Position numbers and translations under genes: made by a program
The notes under the pieces: model-generated
Seen by the model: the letters and a program-made list of their open reading frames with translations, nothing else
Databases searched by the model: none
What the model was told of the DNA's origin: nothing
NCBI RefSeq assembly: GCF_030684315.1
Contig: NC_081355.1
Location: forward strand, 136,581,178-136,645,177
DNA length: 64,000 nucleotides
Source: Stegostoma tigrinum
Lineage: Eukaryota
Direction of reading: 5' to 3'
Shown: positions 13,141-24,910 of the stretch, one piece after another
Position numbering within the stretch: position 1 is the first letter of the stretch
Layout: every line of letters begins with the position of its first letter

Positions 13141-13954
13141 TACAACAAGGTGCAGCAATACTTCCTTTCTTGTTGAATTGGAAACCAGGCAGAATCTTCC
13201 CAGGCCTTGAATGACGTAGGCTATGGCAAGATATTTAGCAAAATCAGGTAACATTTTCCAACTAACTCTGGGCATCAAGATGAAATTCTCACCAGTGAGA
13301 GCTGAGAGACCTATTAAAACGGATTGTTGTTCATTATCAACTCAAAACTATCTTAACAAGCCTCATTTCAATACACTTTCTCAATCTCCCAGCTGCTAGA
13401 TACAGACTAGACATTGCGAATTCCTGACATGAAAGTCTGAGCAGGTATCTGGTGACTCCAGCTCACTGCTTCTTCCTCCGGACCTCTATCTTCGACACCA
13501 AAACCAACAACACAGGGCACATTTCTTAAGCAGCATAGATGCTGATATTTTACACATAGCAGCCTCCCTCTGTATCATCATGACAGAACTCCAGTCTACT
13601 TATAGTACACTTCTGCACTTCAATGCTTCACTTCAGAGCACACTGGCACCTTTTATTGACATGCTGCTAATGGGACAGTTTGCACATTTTGACAGTAACC
13701 CAGCTCACAGATTGAGCCAGGCTGCATCTCAGGGGTTGCTTACTCACTTCTTTAGTGCTCACTCACTTTGTGACGACCTGGAAACTAACAGCACTCTTAC
13801 CTTGTTTTGCCTTCGCTTTTATATTTTGATCCCTCAGGTAAACCTTAAAGGCTCACAGTACTTCTGTCTTGCTTTGCTGTTTAGTGTGAATAGAAGGCCA
13901 AGAAACTGGTCATACTTGTCATTAGTCATCAATCAAGAGGTGGAAATGTACTAG

Positions 13955-14210
13955 GGGAGGTGATGGCCTTGTGGTATTATCACTAGACTGTCAATCCAAA
14001 GACCCAGATAATGTTCTGGGGACCATTGTTGATTGTTGGAAAAACCCATCTGGTTCACTAATGTCCTTTAGGGAAGGAAGCTGCTATCCTTACCTGGTCT
14101 GGCCTACACGTGACTCCAGACCCAAGGCAATGTGGTTGACTCTGAGTTGCCCTCTGGGCAATAAATACTGCCTAGTCAGCGATGCCCTCATCCCATGAAT
14201 AAAAATAAGT
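13955..14210 (+). mobile_element. tRNA-derived SINE, internally deleted
   Basis: GGAGGTGATGGCCTTGTGGTATTATCACTAGAC head, the family core, and an AATAAAA tail. Confidence 0.8.
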
Positions 14211-15574
14211 CGCTGCGTCATACCATACTATGTGTCAGCAATATGTATGCCAGACTAACTGCATCTGCTTCAAACAAATGTCTATCTCCCAAACTCAAAC
14301 GTAAGTGGTCCTCAGTCAAATATAAGGAGACACCCTTAAGTCTGTGGACACCAGCAGACAATGTCAAAGGCAACCTTGATATCATTCCAGGGGCTTAGGC
14401 ATGGTCAGTCAGCCACTTGAAACTGTCAGGGTCTTTTCCTTGTAAGGGCTGAGCTGAATGTCTGGCACACGATCACTGGTCCTGGCTTTTTCAGCATAAT
14501 TATAGGCTATCTTCCCCTGGATTGAGATAAAAGGCGGGATTGAGTGAGATGAAATCGGTGGATGAAGCTGTCAGTGCTGGTACGGGTTAAGGAAAATATC
14601 AGGGATGAAGTATGCCAAGTAAGTCAGCAGTCCAGCCAGAGGCACTGGGTTTTGGAGGTGTGTGGCAGGGTGGGGGTGTTCATGGATTCGTTGACCTTCT
14701 GTCAGCACTCTGAGCATTTCTCGAAGCTGTGAATAGGTTGCTTAAGTGGCAACTTCAAAGAAAGTTGTTAAGATCTGGTGGCTTGGTCTCCTCTGCCATT
14801 CTTGGAGGTAGCGGGCATCTCTCCTCTGCAACACTCCATCAATGTTTCCTCTAACTTGCACACACACGCAGCCACTTCATAGTCCCACACACGGCAACTG
14901 GCGTCAGCATGTTAATTACTGACTTCCAGTTCAGCAGTCACTGTCGCGCATGGATCACAGTGCCCATGCAGTCAGTTAAAAAAATTAGAGGGAATGCTGC
15001 CCCCCTCATCTACCAGTACACGTGGGTCCCTGTCTGCAAAGCAGTGTGCTGATATCCCTTTCCCTGCAGGGTCCGGGGCAAATACGTCTAAATTTGCAGT
15101 TCCTCTCCAGGTAGCCAGCACGTGACTGGGTACATGATGGCTGTTTAAATATAGCCCCAACACCACAGATCCTGGGATATCCTGGCAGGATGAGGCTTCT
15201 GCCTATGGTGGGTGGGAGAATCCAGTTAGGATCAGTCAAGAAAGAAGTCTTTACAGGGGTGTGGTACCTAATTAGTGAGGTCTGTTTAGGACAATAGTGC
15301 AAGAAAACCTGCTAGGATTCACAGTAAGAAACACTGTTACAAAAATTAGACTTAGTTGATTTCTTGTGTCCCATGTTACAGAAAAATATCCTGGCTACAT
15401 ATGTAGGAATTCCTGCCTACCTCAGCTGTATACATTCACCAAATTAACAACTCATTTCTAAGTATATCTGGTGCTACTCCTAGCATGTCCACCTGCACTC
15501 TTCCTAGAACCACGGTTAGTCATCTAACTTGTTAGTAATGTAGAAAAGGGGATATGCTGGGATATGGTTGAAGA

Positions 15575-15930
15575 TTTGAAACATTTAGGATTCTTAACAG
15601 GCTTGGACAGGATAAATGCTGAAAGGATATTTCCCCTCATGGGACAGTAGGCCAGAGGGTATAGACTCAGAATAAAGAGACAACAATTTAAGACTGATGA
15701 AGAATTTCTTCTCTCGGAAGTTTGAAAGTTTTTGGAACTCTTTGCCACAGTGAGCTGTGGACGCAGGGTCTTTGTGTACATTTAAGGCTAAGATAGATAG
15801 TCTTAATTAATAGGGGCATCAGGGGTTACAGAAAAAAGGAAGGCAGAAATGAGGAATGTCAGGTCAGCCACAATCCTATTGAATGGTAGAACAGGCACGA
15901 AGGATCAAGCGGTCTACTCCTGTTCCTATT
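15575..15930 (+). mobile_element. CR1 LINE 3' end
   Basis: Similar to the other CR1 3' ends (GACAGGATAAATGCTGAAAGGATATTTCCC...CATTTAAGGCTAAGATAGATAG). Confidence 0.75.
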
Positions 15931-15949
15931 TTTGTTTCGAAACAGTCTT

Positions 15950-16570
15950 ATTGCACTTGAGTACAATTCTTCTGTTGACGATTGCCCTCAGTGCATCAGA
16001 AATGCCCAGTTGAGTTGCTAAATATGTTCAAACTCTATCCCAGTTAGCATTGTGATACTGCCACAAATTTCAACAGAGGGTATCATCAATGTCAAGGTGG
16101 GACTGTCTCCACAGGGACTGTACAGTGGTCACACCTATCAACAGTGTCATGGACAAATGCATTTGAGACAGATAGTTTGATGAGGCAAGTTCAAGTACGC
16201 TTTTCGCTGTTGTTGGTTCCCTCACAACCTGTCACAAACCCATTCCAGCAACTCAGCACCAGTGCTACTGAAACACCCTTGGTGACAGATATTGAAGTCT
16301 CCCATCTAGAGTATATTCTGTACTCTGCCCTTCTGTGCACCTCCTATGCTTTTTCCAATTGGTATTGAACATGAAAGAATTCTGATTTAACAGTGATGAC
16401 ATTGGTGTGGTGGTGGTCTTTAACAGCAGGACGTTACCTTGTCCATGCTTGACTTAATGCCATGATACTTCATAGGGTGCAGTCAACGTTGAGGACTCCC
16501 AGGGCAATTCATTCCCCTGTGGCACTGTAACACTACATTTCACAGGTCTATCCTGTCAGTGGTCTAGGAA
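15950..16570 (-). mobile_element. Old LINE APE-endonuclease remnant
   Basis: The minus strand encodes 'MGDFNI' (~16290-16306) and a downstream 'CDHCTV' (SDH-like, ~16115-16135), the conserved APE motifs. Confidence 0.55.
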
Positions 16571-17562
16571 CGGCAGTATTCAATTGAGAACTTTTATTTG
16601 TTTTTCTATTTTGTGCTTAAAATTTTGTACCTGAGATGGCACCAGGAATGAGAACTTTGTACACTTTTCTGTATTTGAACATACCCGACAGTAAACCTAA
16701 TTCAAATTCCTGTTAGAATTCCCTCCAGCAGGGTTCTTAAAATAACCTCCATGCACAAGTTACAACATATGCAAAACAGATATTATGGAGTCAATGGTCA
16801 GTCAGTCCTAGATTTGTAGAGATGGCTGCATTAATTTCAGAGTTAAGCAAGTGGCTTGAAAGTGGCAGTGAAGCATCCTTGCATGTTAATGCACAATAGG
16901 ATGGTGTATAGAGAAAACGATATTTGAACACCATCCAAATGAGGAAGGGAACAGTTTGACAAAAAAAAGGGACAACAAAACTATACAAGATACTAACTAC
17001 ATTCACCTCCAACTCTATGCTATTGACTACAATTAAGGGCGGCAGAGCCGTAAAATGCGATTCATGGAAGTAACAGTTTGCAAGCTGGAGTCAAGACCGA
17101 AAGCTTTACTGCACCTAATCATCTCCACAGTTGCATACGCACGTCTACAGCGTACACAAAACTAATTCAGTTTGACACCATAAGAATACGATTTTCTGGA
17201 GAAACTAAGCAGATCTAGCAGCACCTGTGGGAAAGCAGAGTTAGCGTTTCCATCTGATTACTCTTTTCTGAACAAGGTTGACTGGATTCGAAGCTCAGCT
17301 GCCGCAGGTGTTGCCGGATCTGCTAAGTTTCTCCAGCAATTTGTTTTTGATTCGCATTTCTAATGTCAGCAGATCTTGGCTTTGCTTCCTGGTCGGCATC
17401 AAAACGGGGTGGGAAATGATAATGTGCGCGGAGATTGTTTTCTAATTCACCAAAATAAAGGCCCATTGTTTGGGTATAGGACAAAATTTATCGTTGCAAC
17501 AGGTGCAATGAGAATGAAGTGAGCTGAATGCCATTCACAAAATTGGGAAGGTGGTACGGTGG

Positions 17563-17666
17563 TATTACAGAGGTAGCGGTTGAAATACATGTTAGACATC
17601 TACACTTTGTTTCTAAAAGCAAAGTGTAGATGTCTAACATGTATTTCAACCGCTACCTCTGTAATA
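17563..17666. repeat. Perfect 47-bp inverted repeat with a 10-nt spacer
   Basis: TATTACAGAGGTAGCGGTTGAAATACATGTTAGACATCTACACTTTG (17563-17609), spacer TTTCTAAAAG, then its exact reverse complement (17620-17666). Confidence 0.97.
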
Positions 17667-17750
17667 AAAGCAACAAACACGTCACACTAAAGGAAACGGC
17701 TTGTCAGTTCCAGTTTAACAATTTAAAGAAAAAGGTGTTTTAGAACCTAC

Positions 17751-18184
17751 AGCACGGTGAACGGTGTCAGGACATTGCCAGACATGGTGCCTCGGATCCC
17801 ATGGGGTATTTCAGTGAGAATGTTCATGCTCTTCTCATCCTTCTCCGTGGTGTTACTGTTGTGCTTGGAATGCGGAGATTTGCTGCCATTACCGCTGGCT
17901 TCGGCGGAGACCGGCTCCCCCAGGTCGACGGCCGCATCGTGGCTGTGCGAACCCACCGGCTTGGCCGGGTGGCATGACAGGATGTTGATGTAGCAGCGGC
18001 ACAGCTCGGGACACACGGCGTGAGGTGGCTCGGTCAGCCCCGACTCGGGCAGCTGCCGCTGCGGCTGCGGCAACTCGCTTGAGTCGTTGCGGTGCAGCAC
18101 TACCATCGCCTTCCGGGCATCCGAGCAGCGCCAGAGCAACAGGCACAAAGCCAGGGTCAAGAGGCCAGAGCTGCTCGGTATCAT
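17751..18184 (-). CDS. LRRC37-like secreted or type I membrane LRR protein, coding exon 1
   Basis: Hydrophobic signal peptide (MIPSSSGLLTLALCLLLWRCSDA) and an LRRNT cap CPELCRCYINILSC. It ends ...LTEIP...TPFTV-CT|gtaggt (phase 2) and splices in frame to 5758-5829. The 'FTVL/DFRDN' junction resembles my recollection of LRRC37 'FTTL/NFQGN'. Confidence 0.8.
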
Positions 18185-18640
18185 CCTTCTACTCGCCTCT
18201 CATCGCTCTGGTCCCCCTCTAGCTGCCGGCCCAGCTCGTCTGTAGGGGGAGGAGGGGAAAGATGCCTCCCTCACCCTCTCTCGCTCCTTTTATTATTGAT
18301 ATCCTCAGGACCCTCCTCCCCCCACCCACCGACCACCACCGGAGGGTCGATTTTAATATGGCGAGAGAGAGCGAGAGATAGTATTATCCGGAAAGGGTTG
18401 CGGCCTGGAAGCCAGCCGTTGCCATGGTGAGTGAGAGCTCTCTCCCCACCCCCATCCCCGAGGACCACTTATGCGCCTGCGCACCTCCTTTGTTCCAGGG
18501 GCCTGTCGCTTGGAGACGAGCGTCGCGTCATCACAACAAGGGGAATGGCCCCGCCCAGCTTCCAAGGCGTCCTCCGCATTGTTAGGAGGCCATTCGGGCC
18601 GTCCTGTCTGCTTGAAACCGCCTCCTGAGCTTTTTTGACC
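18185..18640 (-). promoter_or_regulatory. CpG-rich promoter/5' UTR of the LRR gene with RFX X-box-like, NRF1 and CRE-half motifs
   Basis: CpG-dense against a CpG-poor background. Motifs: GTTGCCATGGTGAG (18418-18431), TGCGCCTGCGCA (18472-18483) and CGTCA (~18526-18530). Confidence 0.6.
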
Positions 18641-18709
18641 TCGTTGCCAATCTCTTGCCTTTTCCTTGTTTCCACTGTCTTTTTTTTATCATCGCTCCCA
18701 TGCCCTCTG

Positions 18710-19075
18710 GAATGTAGTGGTAATGCCAAAGAACTATGAATGAATCTCCTTTATTGTCACTTGTAACCTAGATTAGTATTCTGTGGACATCGGTACAAAT
18801 CCCACCATGGGTAATGTTGGAATTTGAATTCAACAAAAATCTGGAATTAAAAAGTTCACTTAATGGTAATCATGTAACTATTGCCGACTGTCATAAAACC
18901 CATTTGGTTCACTGATGTCCCTTAGGGTTGGAAATCTGCCATCTTACCTGGTCTGGACTACACGTGACTCCAGACTTGCAGCAACATGGTTGACTCTATC
19001 CTCTTGGAATTTAGGGATGGGCATAAAATACTGATTCTGCCAACATTGCCTACCTTCCATTAACAAATTTGAAGA
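18710..19075 (+). mobile_element. tRNA-derived SINE (family of 4745-5072)
   Basis: Family core CCCATTTGGTTCACTGATGTCCCTTAGGG..GGAAATCTGCCATCTTACCTGGTCTGG. Confidence 0.75.
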
Positions 19076-19199
19076 AAGGAACAACTCAATAGAACATACC
19101 TTCACTACACTATCGGGCATTCTTTCCAGATCTGAATGACTTATTATGTGAAAGTTTCCTTTCTCACCTCACATTTGCTTTTGCAAAACACTTTAAAGC

Positions 19200-20340
19200 T
19201 CTGCCTTGTGGTTCTTGATTTTTTTAATGAAACAGAACAGATTCTCTCTGTTCAATTTGACTATTCATGACTTTGATATCAAATTTTCTTTCAGCCCCTT
19301 CTCTCCAAGGAAAACTGTTCCAATTCCTCCAATCTGTCCTCATAACCAAAGTTACCATTTCTGGGTCGAAAACCATTTCAGCATGTTTTGCATTGCATTC
19401 ACATTCTAAAATGTGGCCGATACAATTTCAGTATTACATCCCTGCTCATATACTCTCCGCTGCAACTGTATGAACTCTGGCATACTGTATGCTTTTTAAT
19501 ATTTTTCTCGCTTCGTCCTGATTCCTATAATAACTTACACGCGACATGCCTAAATGTTTCTGTTCCTGCACCCCTTTAGTGTTGTGCCACATAATTTAAA
19601 CTCTACTTCCATGCCCTTCCACAGATGTATGTCATCTCGCTCTTCTCCGCATGGAACATTATCTGCCATTAATTTGTCTATCCCACCAATCCATCAATTT
19701 TTTTTGAAGTTCTACAATGCTCTTCTCACAGTTTATAATTCTTTCAAGCTTAAGAGTCAAAAACAAAATTTGACATTGTCTCCTGCACCCCAAGATCCAG
19801 ATCATTTAGAAATATCAGGAAAATCAAAGGTCCCAATGCTGACTCCTGGTGAACTAGGGGAACTCCATTTCAAAACTTCCGCCAGTGTGAAAAATATCCA
19901 ATAACCATTACTCTCTGTGCCTAATCAATCAGAGGATTTTGTATCCACTTTGCTTATGTCCCTTTGTTCCATGCCCTTTTAGTCCTCAAAAGTCTGTTGT
20001 GCGGCACTGTATCAAATACCTTTTGGAACTCCATGTACATCGATAGCCTTGTATCATCATGCCTCTCTGTCAAGTTTTCAAAAAACTTCAGCAAGTTAGT
20101 TCTCTGTGATATTTTCTGAACAAATCCATGCTGACGTTTCCAAATTAACTCACATTTTTAACGTGAACATTAACTCTATCACATATAATTGTTTCTAGAA
20201 ATTTTTCTTTCACAAAAGTCAAAAACTGACTGGTTCGTAATTACTTAACGATGTTCATAATCGTTTTGGAATAACTGTGTAATGTTTACAATTCTCCAAA
20301 CCTCTGGCACCACTCCAAATCTAGGAAATTTTGAGGAGTT
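19200..20340 (-). mobile_element. Old degenerate CR1-like RT fragment
   Basis: Decayed antisense of CR1 RT motifs (GTGCGGCACTGTATCAAATACCTTTTGGAACTCCATGTACA is MEFQKVFDTVPH on the minus strand). Confidence 0.6.
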
Positions 20341-20352
20341 AAGTAATTTGAG

Positions 20353-21640
20353 TATCTGGATGTGAGTTTGCTCGCTGAGCTGGACGGTTCGTTTTCAGAT
20401 GTTTCGTCACCATTCTAGATAACATCATCAGTGAGTCTCCGGTGAAGTGCTGATGTTATGTCCCGCTTTCTGTTTATCTGTTTAGGTTTCCTTGGGTTGG
20501 TGATGTCATTTCCTGTGTTGGTGATGTCATTTCCTGTTCTTTTTCTCAGAGGATGGTAGATGGGCTCCAAATCAATGTGTTTGTTGATGGGGTTCCAGTT
20601 GGAATGCCATGCTTCTAGGAATTCTCATGTGTGTCTCTGTTTGGCTTGTCCTAGGATGGATGTGTTGCCCCAATCAAAGTGGTGACCTTCCTCACCTGTA
20701 TGTAAGGATACGAGTGATAGTGGGTCATGTCGTTTTGTGGCTAATTGATGTTCATGTATCCTGGTGGCTAGCTTTCTGCCAGTTTGTCCAATGTAGTGTT
20801 TGTCACAGTTCTTGCATGGTATTTTGTAGATGACGTTCGTTTTGTTTGTTGTCTGTATAGGGTCTTTTAAGTTCATTAGCTGCTGTTTTAGTGTGTTGGT
20901 GGGATTGTGGGCTACCCTGATGCCAAGAGGTCCGAGTAGTCTGGCAGTCATTTCGGAAATGTCTTTGATGTAGGGGAGAGTGGTTGTGGTTTCTGAGCCC
21001 GTTTTGTCTGTTTGTTTGGGTTTGTTGCTGAGGAATCGGCGGACTGTGTTCATAGGGTACCCATTCTTTTTGAATACGCTGTATAGGTGATGCTCCTCTG
21101 CTCTTTGTAGTTCCTCTGTGCTGCAGTGTGTGGTGGCTCGTTGGAATAATGTTCTAATGCAGCTTCGTTTGTGGGTGTTGGGATGGTTGCTCCTGTAGTT
21201 CAGTATTTGGTCCGTATGTGTTGTTTTCCTGTAGACGCTGGTTTGAAGTTCCCCATTGGCTGTTCGCTCTACTGTGACATCTAGGAATAGCAGTTTGTTG
21301 TTGTTTTCCTCCTCTTTTGTGAATGTTATGCCAGTAAAGGGTATTATTGATGGTCTTGAAGGTTTCCTCTAATTTGTTTTGTTTAGTGATGACAAAGGTG
21401 TCATCCACATAGCGGACCCAAAGTTTGGGTTGGATGATTGGCAGAGCTGTTTGTTCGAGTCTCTGCATTACTGCCCCTGCTAAGAACCCTGATATCGGAG
21501 ATCCCATGGGTGTACCGTTGGTTTGTCTGTAGGTTTTGTTATTGAAAGTGAAGTGGGTGGTGAGGCATAGGTCCACTAGCTTGATGATGTTGTCCTTGCT
21601 GATGAGGTTGGTGGTGTCTGGTGTATGTGTCTTTTGAGTA
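20353..21640 (-). mobile_element. 5'-truncated Penelope-like element (RT + GIY-YIG, second family, Poseidon-like)
   Basis: RT motifs 'QTNGTPMGSPISG' and 'WVRYVDDTF' (ORF 21154-21666). GIY-YIG 'NVIYKIPCKNCDKHYIGQTGRKLATRIHEH' (ORF 20625-21053). Frameshifted. Confidence 0.92.
20395..20434 (-). ncRNA. Minimal hammerhead ribozyme motif at the PLE 3' end
   Basis: Minus strand: TCA-CTGATGA-T-GTTATC tagaat GGTGAC-GAAA-CA-TC-TGA. Stem I is TCA/TGA and stem II has 6 bp including G-U pairs. Confidence 0.7.
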
Positions 21641-22789
21641 TGGATGAAGTAATAAATTATAAGCAAATGTTTATTTTAGAATTTTTATTAAATATTGGTG
21701 TAAACTGTTTATTTAAGCTTAACCAAAATTCATCACAGCAGAAAGTAAGGTATACATACAAAAGGCCTTTAGTCGTTTAATTTTATTGATGGAAGGGTAC
21801 TTACTGGGAATTGAAATGCATGAAAGAAAATATATGTGAAACAATATTTTGACCTCTTTGCGGCTTTTAAAAGTCTAACAAAGAAAAATGCATGTATCAA
21901 AATATCTGTTATTGAAGAAAGTACGAATCTTTAAAGTTAAACAATTCTTATTTTGGCTCTGGAGATAGGAGGAACTGCTGATGCTGGAGAATCTGAGATA
22001 ACACGGTGTGAAGCTGGATGAACACAGCTGGCCAAGCAGCATCAGAGGAGCAGGAAAGTTGACATTTCAGTTCGAGACCCTTCTTCACAGCTTCACACCA
22101 TGTTATCTCATTTTGGCTCTGTTTTTTCATGTATCAGTTGCCCCAGTTTTAATACTTATAAACAATATTAATAATTTTGATGAAGGGACTGTTATTACTA
22201 TATCCAAATCTGCTGACAGTACAACAATTAAATGGAAGGATGCAAGCAATCAACATTAAGGATAGTATGAATGAGTGGGCAAATTTTTAATTTTTAAATT
22301 AATTTTTATTCATGGGATGAGAAGAGTCATGAGATAAGCCAGAATTTATCACCCTCCCTGAATGTCTTGGAGAATGTGGTGGTGAGCTGCATTCTCGAAT
22401 CCCCATTGTCCTTGGGGCAAACGTATTTCCACAATGTGTTAGGAAGGAAGTTCCAGTCCTATGACCCAACAACGGTTATGTAGTTCCAAGTCAGAGTAGT
22501 GTGAGACTTGATGCGGAATTTGCAGGTAGACATGTTCCCATGCATTGATAGCCCTTGTCCTTTCAGGTACTGCAATGTACCCTGTAGGTACCAGCATTCC
22601 ATCTAATTTTCTTAGTAGTTGAGTGGGGCTCTGCTGCCCCTATGCAGCAGTGACCTCTTGACCTAGAAGTCAATGCCTCAATTGACATGTTGATGTTTGG
22701 AACACTGAAACAGGTTAGAGGGAATGTTGGATCTTACACATTATGGTCACTGAACAGACTGAATATTTAAAGCGATGGTTGGGATCAAA

Positions 22790-24910
22790 CAAAAGGTGAC
22801 TTAATTCAGAGGAAGATCATGTCTCACTGACTTGATTAAGGATTTAGAGGCAGTAACAAGAATGCTTGCTGAGGGAAGGGCAATGGATGTTATCCCATGG
22901 GCAATGGATGTTATGCACATGGACTTTAGTAAGGCAGTTCATAAGGTACCACATGGTAGGTCGATACAGAAGATAGATTCTCATGGGATCCGGGTGAGCT
23001 GGCTAGATGGATACTAATTTGGCTTGGTCATTGAAGACAGGGAATAGCAATGAAAGGGTGCTTTTCAGAATAGAGATCAGTAACAGTAGCATTCTGCAGG
23101 GGCTAACACTGGGACCATTGTTGTTTGAAACATAAATAAATGATCTGGAGGAAAATGTAGCTGCTCGGATTAGTAAGTTTGAGAATGACACCAGCATTGG
23201 TGGAGTTGCAGATGGTAAGGAGGATTGTCATGGATACAGATGGATTGCAGATTTGGGCACAGAGATGACAGGTGGAGTTTAATCCAGAGCAAATGTGAGG
23301 TAATGCATTTTGGAAGATCAGTTGCAGGTGTGAATTATACAATAAATGGCTTAGGGACACTGGCATACAGAAGGATCTGGGTGTACAGGCCCATAATAGA
23401 ACATAGAACATTACAGCACAGTACAGGCCCTTCGGCCCTCGATGTTGTGCCGACCTGTCATACCGATCTCAAGCCCATCTAACCTACACTATTCCATGTA
23501 CGTCCATATGCTTATCCAATGACGACTTAAATGTACCTAAAGTTGGCGAATCTATTACCGTTGCAGGCAAAGCGTTCCATTCCCTTACTACTCTCTGAGT
23601 AAAGAAACTACCTCTGACATCTGTCCTATATTTTTCACCCCTCAATTTAAAGCTATGCCCCCTCGTGCTCACCGTCACCATCCTAGAAAAAAGGCTGTCC
23701 CTACCCACCCTATCTGACCCTCTGATTATTTTATATGTTTCAATTAAGTCACCTCTAAACCTTCCTCTCTCTAATGAAAACAGCCTCAAGTCCCTCAGCC
23801 TTTCCTCGTAAGACCTTCCCTCCATACCAGGCAACATCCTAGTAAATCTCCTCTGCACCCTTTCCAAAGCTTCCACATCCTTCTTATAATGCGGTGACCA
23901 GAACTGTACACAATACTCCAAGTGCGGCCGCACCAGAGTTTTGTACAGCTTCACCATAACCTCTTGGTTCCGGAACTCGATCCCTCTATTAATAAAAGCT
24001 AAAACACTGTATGCCTTCTTGACAGCCCTGTCAACCTGGGTGGCAACTTTCAAGGATCTGTGTACATGGACACCGAGATCTCTCTGCTCATCTACACTAC
24101 TAAGGATCTTACCATTAGCCCTGTACTTTGCCTTCTGGCTACTCCTACCAAAGTGCATCCGTGAAAGTGGTAACCACAAGGTGGATAAGGTGGTCAAGAA
24201 GCCATAAGCATGATTGCCTTCATTGGCTGGGCAATTGAATATACCCCGAAACGTCAGCTTTCCTGCTCCTCTGATGCTGTTTGGTCTGCTGTGTTCATCC
24301 AGCTCTACACCTTGTTATCTCTTATACAAGTTGGCAAGTTATGTTACAGCTGTACAAAAATTTAGTTCGGCCACATTTGGCATATTGCACGCAATTCTGG
24401 TTGCCACATGACAAGAAAGGCATGAATGCTTTGGAGAAGATGCAAAATAGTTTAGCAGGATGTTGTCTAGCCTGGAGGGTTTTAGTTATGAGGAGGTGTT
24501 GCATAAACTCAGATTGTTTTCACTGAAAAGACGGAGGCTGAGGGTAAACCTGATAGAAGACTACAAAATTATGGGAGGCATAGATAGGGTGGATAGTCAG
24601 AGGCCTTTTCCCAGGGTGGAATGGTCAACTATAAGAGGGCAAAGGTTCAAAGTCGGGGGGAACATTGAAGGCAGAAGTGCGGGGACAATTTTTCATACAG
24701 TGTGTGGTGGGCACCTGGAACACACTGTCAGAGGAGGTGGTGGAAGCAGGCATGTTAGCAATGTTTGAGATATATCTTGATAGGCACAAGAATGTTAGGT
24801 GAAACGAGGCATAGATACCACCCATGGGCAATATATAGTAGGCCTAATTAAGGACTAGGAACTGATGCAGGATTGGTGGGTCAAAGGGCCTGTTCTTGTG
24901 CTGTATTGAA
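22790..24910 (+). mobile_element. Older CR1 LINE (RT to 3' end) with nested insertions
   Basis: 'MDFSKAVHKVPHGR' (22832-23017) and 'LFSLKRRRLRVNLIEDYKIMGGIDRVDSQR' (24460-24768). Confidence 0.85.
23398..24158 (-). mobile_element. Young CR1 LINE 3' fragment nested in antisense
   Basis: Uninterrupted ORF 23484-24197(-), 'MHFGRSS...RPHLEYCVQFWSPH...TFKSSLDKHMD', with a (TTCTATG) tail. Confidence 0.92.

Noticed and set aside
14400-15400. GC-richer non-coding block in LRR gene intron 1
   Set aside because: No recognisable motif, exon or terminal repeats; probably an old repeat but cannot be supported.
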